A stretch of DNA of 64,000 bases from Raillietiella orientalis (lineage: Eukaryota). The stretch covers positions 434,001-498,000 of the forward strand of contig JAYWIR010000012.1 in assembly GCA_036172245.1 (NCBI GenBank), in the 5' to 3' direction. The position numbers and the translations under genes were made by a program. Below the pieces are notes generated by a model. It saw nothing but the letters and a program-made list of their open reading frames with translations. It had not been told where the DNA came from and searched no databases. Below, piece by piece: positions 62,291 through 64,000 of this stretch (positions are counted from its first letter, which is position 1; the number at the start of each line of letters is the position of its first letter).

Positions 62291-64000
62291 TTATTTCACG
62301 TGTTCCAGCCTTCGAAAGAACCCCCTTTGCCTTTCTGAAAGGTAGACTTCAACCGAAATCAAGTCTGCTCCAGACTTGCTCGGATTTTCTCTCTCCACCG
62401 TTCCCGCAACCAGAAGGCAGTGGATTCACCTTGCTCCCATCCGCAACCTTTTGTAGATCGCACAAAGTATCAGTCACCCTTGAAACCAGGTGACCTCTTC
62501 ATCGGGACAAAGTGCAACCCGGTGTGCGAGCAGCATCTTCTCAAGGACTCCAAGTGAAGGATGGCTTTTGTTGTTGTTGTCTTTTGTGATAATTATTTTT
62601 TTTCCTTTCCGGTTTGTTGCCCTCGCAAGCACTGACCTCATTAAGTAGTTCCCTGACCGGACACTGCGCGATCATGTCCCAACCCTTCGAGAGGTTCAAA
62701 CTAGTGCAAGTGAAGGAGAGAGAATGTCAGCTATCGTTTCGAGTTCAAATCGCATGGTGCACGAGGGGTGATCATCATTTTCCCCCCAACATTTTCGTGT
62801 AGAAGACTATGAGCGACACGTAAGGGCCCGTGGCGCAGGAACCCAGAGTCGCAAGACACGCTTTCGGAGTTCCGGTTCATCCTCCGAGGTCCGAACTCCA
62901 GTCTATCTCCCACAGTCAGGGGTCAGCATGCCATGGTCGATTCTTGAGGCATTCCATATGCTTATTTTTATTTCATGTTTTCTTTTTTTTGGAAGCCGTT
63001 CGCTAGGAGCTAAAGAACCGTTCACCTCCTTTCGGAAGGATCAAAAAGATCTTAAAGACAGTCTACAGGGGTGCATGAAACTCATCAAGTTAGCGGGTGA
63101 CCGCATAGAGAACACCTCATGAATACAGGAAGGCTTCAGAGGAAGGGACTTCCTCTTACGCTTGGGAGGGAACCCTGAAGAAAATCCTCCAACTTGGTTG
63201 TCTTCCTGAAGAACCACTTCCTAGTACTCTCTGGAGGAAACCACAAAGAAGGCCACCCATTATTCCTTCATCTGAGAGAACACGGAAAGGACCCTCAAAA
63301 GCAATTCCTTCTCAAGACAGAACCCTCAAGGAAACGCTCCTCGTTTCCTACTCTGAGAACAACCAATAAAAAAACAGCGCTCTTCTTGACACTCAGGAGA
63401 GGCGACTCCCCAATGGGGGTACCAACCACGTCCATGGTACGCGCTAGACGAATCTCTCCCAATGGTCCTACGCCTCCATTTTCGCAATTGGGAGGGAACC
63501 AAGAAGGATTCTCGCAAATCGACCCGCCCGGACAATCAATCGGGGACATTCGACTTCCTTCCGTGCCACACCCAAATAGGCCAGCCAGCGTCACCCGGCA
63601 TGAGAGGGGACTCGGAACCCACGATGAACCCATTTTCATGGTGTGAATGCTTTCGCGGGGGGGATTCGATCCCGTGACGCCAGGTGCCACGCACAGGAGA
63701 CTGCAGCCGAACGGCCTCCGATGCGGGCTCGCGCCATTCGCCTCATGCAAACGACACTGTGCAGGTGCCTCCTGCTAACCAACAGCTCACAAGGGTCGAT
63801 GATGATGGGGAGTCCAGAAACATCGAAGCTCAACGATTAATCGGGTAGGACCCTCTGCATCTCTGTTTGGCCGACGACTTCCACCCGCACTGTTCCAGTC
63901 GCGGTGCGGTAGGGTGCACGTTTGTGTGATGGAGCCCGAGGTGCAACCCGGCTGGATGATGGGATCGGAAGAAGTGAGATACGTCCCCAGAGGTGAAGAG

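Overview
Eukaryotic (protostome, arthropod-like) genomic DNA with spliceosomal introns. Three well-supported units. (1) A + strand SoxF-group HMG-box gene (Sox7/17/18/Drosophila Sox15-like) with three coding exons (5262-5640, 21008-21817, 28201-28631) and long, GC- and CpG-rich, repeat-filled introns. (2) A compact + strand HBS1L translational GTPase gene (48978-~52444) with small introns. It contains an in-phase alternative terminal exon (49728-50551) with the Ski7/HBS1LV3 FDFxSPSPDDIV motif, so one gene probably encodes both Hbs1 and a Ski7-like exosome cofactor. (3) A nearly intact - strand L1/Tx1-type non-LTR retrotransposon (~53609-59384; gag-knuckle ORF1 and APE-RT-CCHC ORF2) between 14-bp direct repeats. 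The most unusual observation is in this element's 5' leader: a U4 snRNA-like module (59095-59221) that keeps the kink-turn, central stem, Sm site and 3' hairpin, with apparent compensatory changes, but has lost the 5' U6-pairing arm. Between SoxF and HBS1L lies a dense cluster of decayed Tx1-like fragments in both orientations that share an AATAAA+hairpin 3' terminus, together with AT-rich TIR-like elements and a 12-bp minisatellite. Most long GC-rich ORFs in the track are spurious.
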